Assembly: GCF_006345805.1 (NCBI RefSeq)
Contig: NC_043006.1
Coordinates: forward strand, 7,068,001 to 7,132,000
DNA from: Octopus sinensis
Lineage: Eukaryota
Length of the DNA: 64,000 bases
Direction of reading: 5' to 3'
Shown piece by piece: positions 1 through 11,419 of this stretch; position 1 is the stretch's first letter; the number at the start of each line of letters is the position of its first letter. The notes under the pieces were generated by a model. The model ran no database searches, had not been told where the DNA came from, and saw only the letters and a program-made list of their open reading frames with translations. The position numbers and the translations under genes are program-made.

Positions 1-1074
1 ACGATATATTTTTAAATATTCATGTTTCTAAACAGAATTCTGTCTGATTAGCTGAATTGCTGTCTATTCAGTGTTGGATTTTGGTTAATAGTAATTCCCA
101 CATAGTTTATTTCACTTTGTCACGCCATCATGTGATCTTAAAAGGATATAAGCCGCAAAGATACAAGGAGCTGACCGATGAGTGAAAAATGTACGCAGAA
201 AATTTTCAACGAATAATATTTTTCTCTGCTGGGATAAATATCAAAGAAAGAAATAATTGCAAGAATTTAAGACATGATTTCAAAGAGTTACTGCTAACGG
301 TTAAGATAAAATCGTATATTTGTGATATATCGGTTTCACTGCCTGTAGTCAGTGTAGCGCATTTAACACCAAAATAGCCGCTTGATCAACACGTCATTAG
401 TTTTTTTTTATATATAGAACAATAATTTTTACATGTAGAAACTGGATTATAACCCTTTTTATGGCTAGCGGCGATTTGTATGAAGAAGAGAACAAGCAAA
501 GAACAGAGCAAAGTGAAATAATTTTTTAAATGAATTCATTAAGATAACATGAATATATTGTTTTCGTGAATGACGTACGCAAACAACTGTTAATCCTCAT
601 TGAATCAAATTCTGAGCTGTAAGTCCGGGAAATTAAGCATTAACTTCAAAAAACATAAAATAGATTATCATTCTCAAAAGACGATATTATCTATGTCAGC
701 GGATGTGAGGTTGCTTGTCTTCAAGATTCTGAGATTCTCATGATGAAAATTGAACAGATGTTACTATATTTAGTAAGAATCCCCAAAAGGTTCAGGTTTC
801 TCGGACGGTTTCTAAGTCAACAAAAATTTCTGTAAGGTTTCAGTGATTTATCGACGAAATATTGCAACCAACCGATCAAGACCATTTGTTTCCATTATGA
901 TGCCAGGCCTCATGGTCACGGAAGATAATTCATTGTTCATTACCTGAATGTGGGAAAACTGAGAGAAAAATATCAAGGTCAAATAATCGATCATAGCAGA
1001 AACGAGATATAGTTATTTCATTTGGTACTTATGTTATTGGTTTCTATCGGATTGCTAACTTACACCGTGCAATA

Positions 1075-1132
1075 AAAGCACAGAACACTGTTTTACAAAT
1101 GATCAGATATAGATACGCAAACACACACACAA

Positions 1133-1222
<90 letters not shown>

Positions 1223-1282
1223 CTTTGTGTGTGTGTTTGCGTATTTATATCTGATCATTTGTAAAACAGTGTTCTGTGCTTT
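1075..1282. repeat. Fold-back palindrome: ~63-bp inverted arms around a (TA)n spacer
   Basis: aaagcacagaacactgttttacaaatgatcagatat...caaagata at 1075-1137 is the reverse complement of tatctttg...atctgatcatttgtaaaacagtgttctgtgcttt at 1220-1282, with about 1 mismatch. Confidence 0.9.
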
Positions 1283-1307
1283 ATATGTATGTGCTTTATA
1301 TATATGT

Positions 1308-1672
1308 GGAGGCGCAATGGCCCAGTGGTTAGTGCAGCGGACTAGCGGTCATAGGATCGCGGTTTCGATTCCCAGACCGGGCGTTGTGAGTATTTATTGA
1401 GCGAAAACACCTAAAAGCTCCACGAGGCTCCGGCAGGGGATGGTGGTGATCCCTGCTGTACTCTTTCACCACAACTTTCTCTCACTCTTACTTCCTGTTT
1501 CTATTGTACCTGTACTTCAAAGGGCCGACCTTGTCACTCTCTGTGTCACGCTGAATATCGCCGAGAACTACGTTAAGGGTACATGTGTCTGTACACGTTA
1601 ATTTCACGAGCAGGCTGTTCCGTTGATTCGGATCAACCGGAACCCTCGTCGTCGTAGCCGACGGAGTGCTTC
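1308..1672 (+). mobile_element. tRNA-derived SINE, family A, tail T1
   Basis: Head ggaggcgcaatggcccagtggtt (A box TGGCCCAGTGG) and B-box-like ggtttcgattccc. Homologous heads at 9799-10102, 26978 and 38670. The tail is shared with 34171-34439 and 36017-36131. Confidence 0.85.
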
Positions 1673-1683
1673 ATATATATATA

Positions 1684-1722
<39 letters not shown>

Positions 1723-1810
1723 ACACACACACACACACAACACACACACACACACATATATATATAATATATAATATATATATATATATAATATATATAT
1801 ATATAATATA

Positions 1811-2175
1811 CAACATTGGTTGGCATCCTTTTTGTCTCGGGAGACAATGAAGTTGCGCATAAAATAGTCTAGTCCGGCTTTTACATTTCATGTCCTAATA
1901 CATTTCCTGCTGTGGCTGTGTAGTCCTATCCTGGACAAACACTCCCTCTGGCAGGTACCGCAAATGTAGCGAAGACTGTTACTGGCTGGTTGTAATGCCA
2001 TAGTTTCTTGTTGACGTCTTTTCTTGTCTTTCCATTTCTCCTCTCTCTCTCTGTTACTCCTTTGTATTCCCTCTTTTACGGTACGTCGCCAATCTCCACG
2101 GTTGCTGGCAACTGCTTCCCAGTTGCTAATATTGATGTTGCAGGCCTTCATGTCCCTTTTGCAAACATCCTTGTA
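1811..2175 (-). pseudogene. 3' end of an RTE-clade LINE (ORF C-terminus plus short 3' UTR)
   Basis: Minus frame YKDVCKRDMKACNINISNWEAVASNRGDWRRTVKEG...YICGTCQRECLSRIGLHSHSRKC is the typical RTE/BovB C-terminus with a C2H2-like finger. The 5' side is truncated into (TA)/(CA) repeats. Confidence 0.9.
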
Positions 2176-2217
2176 ATATATATATATACACACACACACA
2201 ACACACACACATATATA

Positions 2218-2252
<35 letters not shown>

Positions 2253-2522
2253 CCGGAGTAAACACATAAATGTGAAACAAGGTGGGAAAAAAGAGTACTC
2301 AGATACCAGAGGTAGAGTAATATGCTTTATTGAAAAGCAGCAGAAATTTAACAAAAGCTGTTACTCGGATTTTCACGTTCCCGTTCGTCGGACAGTTTTG
2401 TTAAAATGGAACCGAGATGACAATTCGATCCAAACATATATATATATATATACACATATATACCTGTGTTCTGAGTATACCTATAAGTATGTGTATATGT
2501 ATGCATGCAAGTATAATGCGTA

Positions 2523-2660
2523 AGGCAGTGTAGAGTATTGGTTAGGGTGTTACACGCACAATCGCATGGCTGACGTTTCGATCCTCATCCCAGCGCGGTG
2601 CTGTGATCGTGATTAAAACACTTTATTTTACGTGTCCCAGTTCACTCAGGGGAAAATCGG
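2523..2660 (+). mobile_element. Degenerate CORE-like tRNA SINE
   Basis: Aligns by eye to 34171 (ttggttagggt...gtttcgatcc...aacactttattttacgtgtcccagttcactcag). Confidence 0.55.
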
Positions 2661-2840
2661 TACCCCCAAAACAGAATTCGCTCCGTTCAAGTGGAAAGTT
2701 AACATGCCTACGTAATCATTAGTGTGTACCATTCGAAAAGAAAACAATGACAGGATGCTTTGTATAACCACATCCGGTAGTCTAATCGATACAGTGATAC
2801 ACATACACGCGCTCGCTCGCTCGCGCGCACACACACACGC

Positions 2841-2889
<49 letters not shown>

Positions 2890-2898
2890 CATTATTAT

Positions 2899-3092
2899 TT
2901 CAGGGAATAAAAATCCAAACTTACAGGGAAAAAATTCAATTTAGAAATACTAAATCAAATTTCACACAATATAATATATATAAAATATTAGAAAAAACCC
3001 CACCTTTTATCAATTCAAAATGAATAATTAAATTACATCATCTAGAAAATTACATATAATAGAAATATTAAAATTAAAATAACAATAAAAAT
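2899..3092. repeat. AT-rich dispersed repeat, family G
   Basis: ttaaattacatcatctagaaaattacatataatagaaatattaaaattaaaataacaataaaa recurs at 6479-6575 and 53774-54011. The 5' part agggaataaaaatccaaacttacagggaaaaa recurs at ~32988-33018. Confidence 0.75.
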
Positions 3093-3564
3093 TTTCTATC
3101 ATCTCAATTCTACTCATTCGGCAGCAGTGACCTGGAGAAACAACATAAGCCACTTGACCAGAGCACACCACTATGGTATAGAATCGAACAATTCATCGTT
3201 GCCCAGTCGAAAGTATTTGCTATAGTTCTCTGCTTTCGACGGTTTATTAAATTCAGAATTACCTATCGTATTATGATCAGCTAGAATGAGAAAATTGTGC
3301 AGAGAATGTTATGTGGATAAAAATTGTCGGTATGGTGGTCTTTGTAAAATCAATATTTTCATAAACCGGTCTCCCTTCTAATATCCCTGTCAGTCTGGAC
3401 TGTTTCGTCAATATGTGGATAAATATTTATTTAACCAAATATTGATTATATGGAAGGAATGCATGAATCAACTTAAGAATGGGAAAGAGTCCACTTCGCA
3501 ATCGATATTCAAACAATATTTGTTTATATATATATATATATATATGTATATGTTTGTATGTATG

Positions 3565-3599
<35 letters not shown>

Positions 3600-3823
3600 A
3601 TATTCCGTGTGTATCATGAGTTGAAGGCGGGGAGGATGACTTCCCTTCACAAATACTAAGAGGACACAGCTAGTGTGTCTATAGCCAGCTGGAGGAGATA
3701 TCTTCCTGGGACTACAAACTACAGTAGCATCAACCCTTAGGGGTTAGCCATATTCAAATGGCAAATATTCGTCACGATGTGTTACCGCTACTGTTTATAA
3801 CTCGCTCTGAGATTTATCATGTT

Positions 3824-3860
<37 letters not shown>

Positions 3861-4407
3861 CATTTTATATATATATATGCATTTTGAATTTATGGAGTGT
3901 CAAAGTTGGGAACGAAAATAGGACAGTGGAGACATACAAGGAAAGCGAACGAAAACAGACATGGATTGTCGTTATATTGTCGACAGTATAAGCACCAAGC
4001 AGTGTTTAGTAATAAACACCATTTAAGTTATTTGTTAAAATATGCTTCCTGAAGGCAAATTCACTGCCATTACTGTGAAAAAGCCGTAAAAGCACAACAG
4101 CTGCCCTGCGTTTCCCCAACGTAAATTCCACTTACGCCTAAACACTGCTGAATTTCTTCCCACCTGGTGTTCCAATGGCGCAACTCTGTCAATATTGCTG
4201 ACAGTGTTTTAGTTAAATTTTTGGCTTTAAATCTGTTATCTCTCCCCAGTATTTCCCATTGATAGAGCTAAACAGCTGCAAATTCTGCGTCTGTGTATTC
4301 GTTTTTACACCATTTACTCTTGCAGAAAATTTTTTCGACGCGGTTTTCCCGTGAATCTGCATTTGGAAACTGAAATATTTTAAATAAATTAAATGTGTGT
4401 GCATGTG

Positions 4408-4451
<44 letters not shown>

Positions 4452-5009
4452 GTGTGTGTGTGTGTGTAAGTGTGTGTGCAGTTGCTAAATAGCGTCCGAA
4501 AAAAATCGATACAAATCTTAGATATATCAACTAACATATATTCTATAAAAGTTTGGACAGTTCGAGTAGCATTTCTACAGTCAGAAAATTTAACGAGTTT
4601 TCATTATTTTATTCGATTTTACTATGATATATCGTATCGGGAAATAGATAAAAATATTGGCTTTATATAAAATGCATCAATAAATCTCACATTTTATGTA
4701 CGGCACACTCCACTTCGTTGGGATATGAAATCGAGTTACTTAATATTCTAGGTTATTTAATCCACATATATATCTACTTCCCTTCTCCAAAATTGCTTTT
4801 TTCAATTCCAAGTCCTTTTAATTTGCATTACATTATTTTATAGAACCATTTTATTATGTTTATACTATGATTTATTATATTTATATAAATCGTTTATTAT
4901 GCTACAGGTTGTTCAAGCATACAGAATAGCTGAAAATCTCTAAACGGTTGGAGCCACATGTGTGTGAGTGTATATATGTATGTATCTATGTATATATATA
5001 TATATATAT

Positions 5010-5040
<31 letters not shown>

Positions 5041-5517
5041 GATATATATATAGATATATATTTATGTATGTATGTATGTATGTAGTATGTATTTATAATG
5101 TTGCATATACTTTGTCGGTTTAGTAATGTACGAACATTTGCTAATATATACTATTTTTAAAAGTCTATAAAGTTTGAATTCAATTTTACCCTCCCACTTT
5201 TAGTAGTCAAAATTATTTTCGTTTGAAGTAGGAAGATATAAATAGATGTACACAATTTTCTAGGTTAATCTCAATTGAAATATCCAATTTTTTGCACAGT
5301 ATTTCCACCGTAAGCCCTACTGAAACTAAAATCGAATATTGTGATAGGTTTAATTAGACTAAGGGAACAGTTCAAATTACTTATATTTCGATACCGACGT
5401 TTGATGCATTTTCTTATGAGATATTTAATAAATATGGGTGTATGAAAAACAATATATATATATATATATGAATGAAACAGTTCTAGTCCTGTAGAAGCTC
5501 CTTCTATATATAAATTA

Positions 5518-5547
<30 letters not shown>

Positions 5548-5548
<1 letters not shown>

Positions 5549-5708
5549 TCCCTTCTCTGATCTTTCCTTTTCCGGTGTTCTGCGAAGAGCTCCACTAAAC
5601 GTTAAACCCTCCTTCTTCCCTTCCTTCCTGGCGTCCAATAATACTATATTTGTTCCACGTCCTCGCTTTGTATGTGTTTCTCTTGGTGTTTTCATGTTTG
5701 GTTAACTT
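5548..5708 (+). mobile_element. Dispersed repeat family E, (TA)n-embedded, with a decayed hammerhead-like motif
   Basis: Homologous to the reverse complement of 16376-16552. Here the motif reads tctgcgaagagctccactaaacgttaaac (decayed). Confidence 0.75.
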
Positions 5709-5712
5709 TATC

Positions 5713-5744
<32 letters not shown>

Positions 5745-5769
5745 TATATATATATATATATATATCTAT

Positions 5770-5802
<33 letters not shown>

Positions 5803-6423
5803 GGCTGTATGAAAAACAAAGCGCCCATTCCGTTTTTTTTTTTAAAGCGAAGATACGATAAAATTTTAAACACAAAGTGATTTATTCTATGATGATAAAC
5901 AAAGAATCGCACATAGAAATTCATTTGTCGATATTAGCCTCATTGAATTTATCTGGGACTAAAACATCGACCATCCTGATGTAACCAAAAAGATGCATAG
6001 TGTTTTCAAATCTCGATATTACTATTTGGAGAATATCTGCGATCATCATGATTGTATAGCGGGTGTTGATGTCGAGTTGTTATTAATTTTAGTACAGTTA
6101 ATTCTTGTTGTCCGGCCAGAGTGAAGTGCACCTTGAACAGAAAAATTTCAGTATGGAAATCTGAAGATATATATGTGCCCCACCTGGCACACATATATTG
6201 ATAGATAAATAGACAGACAGATAGATAGACGGACACAGACATACATACATGCATACATAGAATGCTATTTACAAACATATATGTGTGTGTATGTAAATAT
6301 ATATATATATATGTCTGTGTGTATGCATATATGCATGTATATGGGATGTATATGTGCATGTGCGTGTGTATATACATATACACACCCTCATGTATGTATA
6401 TTATATATATATATATATATATA

Positions 6424-6459
<36 letters not shown>

Positions 6460-6478
6460 ATTAGAAAAAAACACCTTT

Positions 6479-6575
6479 TATTAAATTACACCATCTAGAA
6501 ATTACATATAATAAAAATATTAAAATTAAAATAACAATAATATACCGATAATTAAGTAAATTGCAAAAAAATAAT
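6479..6575. repeat. Family G copy
   Basis: Matches 3023-3092 and 53774-53873. Confidence 0.75.
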
Positions 6576-7667
6576 AAAGACGTATATAATTGGTATATAA
6601 TATGTATATATATATATATATACATCCATCCATACATACATAGTTCGCGTAAACGAAAACAAGCGTTAAATCAAAGTAAATGTTTTTTTTTTTCTATCAA
6701 CAGCATGGCAATTAACACAGTTGCTATAGAAGCGAATTTTTCCGGAATTTGTTCGTGGCAAAGATTGTTTGGTTATGGACGCTAGGGAATAAATGATGAA
6801 TGTAAAGACAACACGTACTCTACAATAACTGATTTACGTAACATACTAAAACAAGAAAAACAAGGAAAAACCCCGAACGTGTTTTACTCCACCCACCATT
6901 GTTTCCTTTCATTTTTATCGTTTCTTTTTGTTCTTAATTCTAATTATTTCTTAATAAAACATATATAGGTAGATGGCAAACACTAATTTTGTGAGGGTCA
7001 TTCGCATACATTTATAAGGTATTTTTTTAATTTCGTTTTGTCATAAAACCATTTTTTCACTTTACATCAATATATGTTCATTTTGACTTATTTCCTTAAG
7101 GATTCAATTCCATCTATCTTTCGCTTGTGCTGATTTCATTCTTCCCCCACCATGAAAATTCCCCTCGTTTACATATTTCTCTTTTAGTAATTTTCTCTGC
7201 GATTCGTTCAGTTGAATATCATTTGCCTTGCGCCTATTGAACTGTTTCACTTTCTCTGTCAAAATATAATTCATAATTTGTTACTATTTTTCAAGATTTT
7301 TTAAATATTTGTCTTTCTTATAAACGTCTTCTGTTTCTGAATCGGCAATTATTTTTTGTCATTAATATATTTGTTTCCCCGTTAGTCGTGTCTAATATTG
7401 TGGAACTTCAACTTTTCTCAATATAATGATTGTTATTGTGTTGTCATCCCAGTATAATTGGGTTTCTTCGTTACGGTTTGCTGTTCTTGGGCATTCATTT
7501 GTTTATGTTCAAAAAATATTCTTCATTTATTCGCCATCTTCATTTTCTTTATTTCTTATGCGTTATTTATTTATCTAATAACTTATTTTCTTATGTTCGC
7601 GTTTTGCTATGAATTCATCCTTTTAACTTTTTCAAATTACGATGAAAAAAATTTCGATGAAAAAATG

Positions 7668-7701
<34 letters not shown>

Positions 7702-7902
7702 TGTATGTTATGTATGTATGTATGTATGTATGTATATGTATGTATATATAGATATATATATATATATATATGTGCATATATATATATATATATATATAAT
7801 ATATATATGTATACGTATATGTAAATATATATATATATTTATATATACACACATAGAGAGATAGGTAGATACAACCACACATACATATATTTGTACATAT
7901 AC

Positions 7903-7938
<36 letters not shown>

Positions 7939-8100
7939 ATATATTTTTCAATCTCATAAGGATCTGTATTGAAATCAGACTGACGTCACGTTTGCCTCAT
8001 ATTTCTCCGAAGCTGTTACAGTAAACTAACCGTTATTTACTGAGGACCATGTTACCGACAAACCACAAACCTCTCAAAATATTGGCCCTCTGTAGCAGTT

Positions 8101-8117
8101 TTAGTAGTAGTAGTAGT

Positions 8118-8190
<73 letters not shown>

Positions 8191-8220
8191 ATAGTAGTAG
8201 TAGTGGTAATTAGTAGTAGT
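8101..8220. repeat. Compound (TAG)n/(CAG)n microsatellite
   Basis: Read directly from the sequence. Confidence 0.95.
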
Positions 8221-8228
8221 GATGATCC

Positions 8229-8440
8229 ATTCTATTATAGGCACGAGACATCAAATTTTGGGGAAGAATGCTAGTTCTTTATACCGATCTCCGTATTCAA
8301 ATGATACTTATTTTATCGACTCCGAAGGATGAAATGAAAAACAACCTTTCTTGGCGGAATTTGAACTCAGAACGTAAAGACGCAGGAAATGACGTTAGGC
8401 ATTTTGTTCGACGCACTAACAATTCTGCCAGCTCGCCGCC

Positions 8441-8442
<2 letters not shown>
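8229..8442 (-). mobile_element. tRNA-derived SINE family B, tail B2
   Basis: Reverse complement begins aaggcggcgagctggcagaattgttag, has B box gagttcaaattcc, and ends ccccaaaatttgatgtctcgtgcctataatagaa. Confidence 0.8.
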
Positions 8443-8498
<56 letters not shown>

Positions 8499-8502
8499 TA
8501 AC

Positions 8503-8570
<68 letters not shown>
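8443..8570. repeat. (TAA)n microsatellite
   Basis: Read directly; source of the poly-N/poly-I ORFs. Confidence 0.95.
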
Positions 8571-8572
<2 letters not shown>

Positions 8573-9127
8573 GCCCTGATGCAGTACCAGGCAGTGGCTC
8601 TCATGGCTTCTGATCTTAACTGATTGGAAGTGTTATCATGTACATTGTTTTGTCTTGGTATAAAAGATGGGCTATAGCAAATATTCTGCTCAATACCACA
8701 GATTTGCTTGTCAGTTGTTTGACCTTAACCAGTTGAGCATGTCCCTTAGTGGCTGACGATATGTGCATCTCTGATCACGAGCAGAAGTAGTGGGGGAGCA
8801 TCATGGCCATGTGTTGAGGGGGATTCTTTGGGGTTTGAATAATTCACCTCTGGAAACATGGGTAGTTCTTTCAACATCCTTAAACAACCCTTATTCAGGG
8901 ACCTTTTGAGCGGGATGGGCTACTCAACCTGAAGAAAATTCTAACTGGGCCCCACCTGCAAGGTCATGCGCTGTTTACCTTGATATGAGATCACCATGTC
9001 GCGCACATATGGTTGTGATGCATGTGCCTGGTGTACCTTTATCAGACGGGTAGTCATGATGGGTATATTGGGCTTCGTATATTTTACCCCAGTGTCACTT
9101 TGATGGCATGCACTGCTCTCCCACTCA
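8571..9127. mobile_element. Unclassified ~557-bp dispersed element X embedded in (TAA)n
   Basis: Inverted, internally deleted second copy at 20875-21273 and an internal fragment at 35822-35930. Both long copies have (TAA)n/(TTA)n at or within ~30 bp of both ends. Confidence 0.8.
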
Positions 9128-9169
9128 ATAATAATAATAATAATGATAATAATAATAAAAATAATAAAC

Positions 9170-9345
9170 GGACTTATAATTTTCTTATGTTTTCTTAAAT
9201 ATTCTCTAGAACAATGCTATGTGCAAAACCAAATATATGACACCTTAGGCATAACACCAACATGAACTTCTAACTTCTTGACTCTAGAGGTCTCTTGGTG
9301 AGACTTGCAGTCAACTTGTACAAATACAAAGCAAAAGACAAACAT
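9170..9345 (+). mobile_element. Candidate 3' UTR fragment of an R4/Dong-like LINE
   Basis: Unique ~175 bp with (TAA)n on both sides, ending ...gcaaaagacaaacata(taa)n. The family assignment comes from recollection and context, not a coding match. Confidence 0.35.
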
Positions 9346-9349
9346 ATAA

Positions 9350-9436
<87 letters not shown>

Positions 9437-9734
9437 CAACAATAATTTATTGAGATAGGTTGTTCCGGTTGCATACACCAGCCCCTAGGCGCTATGAGTA
9501 TTAAGTGCCTAGGGGCTGGTCCAAAGCACACGTTATCTTAATTGTACATTGTTGGTATACTCCAGGGTTTCCAACGTGTCGGGAATTCCTATGGTGTATT
9601 ATAATCAAATGAATAATATCGAACGATGCAATATCGCCAGCTCATATGATCTGAAAATTATTCATCGTATTTTATCATTTATTTGATCATATATATACAT
9701 AGATACATACATATATACATACATACATGCATAC

Positions 9735-9788
<54 letters not shown>

Positions 9789-9798
9789 TATATATATA

Positions 9799-10102
9799 TC
9801 ACGTCATCACGTGACCGACCAGACCATCAGATGTTGTTACACATCGCTGGTCACAATGCGTTCGCATTGTTTTAGCCTTCAAATGACGCCACCCCGCTGG
9901 CTAAGCTAGCAGGCCAACTGAAGAAAGAGTGAAAGAAAGTGTGGTGAAAGAGTACAGCAGGGATCATCACCCCTTGCCGGAGACTCGTGGAGCTTTTCGG
10001 TGTTTTCGCTCAATAAACACTCACAACGCCCGGTCTGGGAATCGAAACCGCGATCCTACGACCGCGAGTCCGCTGCCCTAACCACTGGGCCATTGCGCCT
10101 CC
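9799..10102 (-). mobile_element. SINE family A, tail T2
   Basis: Same head as 1308; tail cagttggcctgctagcttagccagcggggtggcgtcatttgaaggctaaaac...gtcacgtga is shared with 26978. Confidence 0.9.
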
Positions 10103-10118
10103 ACATATATATATATAC

Positions 10119-10292
10119 CAGTCGCCAGGATAGCTCGTTAGCTACTACACATACATTTTTTCTCTCCTTGTTATCTGTGTCCCTTTGTGTAGAAGAGCGT
10201 GGCACGTTAGGCAAGTGTCTTCTATTATAGCCTCGGGACGAGCAAAGCCTTGTGAGTGGATTTGGTAGACGGAAACTGAAAGAAGCCCGTCG
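10119..10292 (+). mobile_element. Chimera: family D 5' part joined to the left module of SINE C
   Basis: D sequence runs to gtagaagagcgt and continues as C sequence gcgtggcacgttaggcaagtgtcttc, sharing GCGT at the junction. Confidence 0.75.
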
Positions 10293-10299
10293 TATATGT

Positions 10300-10341
<42 letters not shown>

Positions 10342-10345
<4 letters not shown>

Positions 10346-10547
10346 CGCCATGATAGATCGTTAGCCACTACACACATTTTTTCTCTCCTTTTTTTTCTCT
10401 CCTGGTTTTTTTGTGTGTCCCTTTCTGTAGAAGAGTGTAGGCTCGAAACGTAAAATACTTTATCTATTCCTGAGCGTTATACTAATACATCTGTTTGTTT
10501 TGTACACCACCTGTCTTCGTCTTTTGTTTTTTTCGTAAACTCTCCCA
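10342..10547 (+). mobile_element. Dispersed repeat family D with a hammerhead-like motif (10421-10455)
   Basis: cttt-ctgtaga-a-gagt-gtag-gctc-gaaac-gta. Homologs at 46971, 48265, 52792 and 58453. Flanked by (TA)n. Confidence 0.85.
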
Positions 10548-11118
10548 ATATATATATGACCAATATGTTAATAATAAACAATTATCAACTTCCTTCTCTA
10601 TTTTCTTTTCTACTTTTAAATAAATATAAACTATATGCTTAACAGATACCTATTGTTTTATAGGAAATTTATCCCCACAAAATATTAGGCATTGAAGCAA
10701 TATTTCTTTGGATGCAACCATCCCTTCACGAGATTAACACACCCTCAAATCAAATAGATATATATGTGTGTGTGTCTGTGTGTGTGCGACTGGGGTATTA
10801 GGGAAATCTACATTGCTAGAAATAAGAGTTAAGCCGTTCTAATACTGTAATTAACACACATAAATGAAAATATATCCGGATGATTATGGTCCTTTATAGT
10901 GTGCTTGAAGATACGTACAGATATTTTATTTCAAGAAAAAAGGAAACAGTTAGAAAACGGTCTGTTCTTAACGTTATCATCTTCATTTTAATTCTCATCT
11001 TGAAGAGTTCGTGTAAACGAACGAAAGAGCTAATAATGAAGAATTATTTAAAATTCTCATTGCCTCCATTTTTTCTCGTCACACACACACACACACACAT
11101 ACATACATACATACATAT

Positions 11119-11187
<69 letters not shown>

Positions 11188-11197
11188 TGTATGTATG

Positions 11198-11228
<31 letters not shown>

Positions 11229-11419
11229 TAGAAATATGTTTCAAAGAGAAAAATAAACTGTACTTGGTAGATATATGGGGAAAGTAAGAATAAAAAAAGT
11301 GAAAATGCACATTGGATATAATAAAAATAAAGGCCTCTTTATAAAAAGTAACGATAAATATATACAATTAAATGAACTGAGGAAGAATTACGAGAAATAA
11401 ATGTCATTATTTTGAATTG

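Noticed and set aside
1308-1385. tRNA-like heads (also 34171-34235 with a CAT anticodon-like loop) as tRNA genes
   Set aside because: The cloverleaf is incomplete and each head continues into a multi-copy SINE body.
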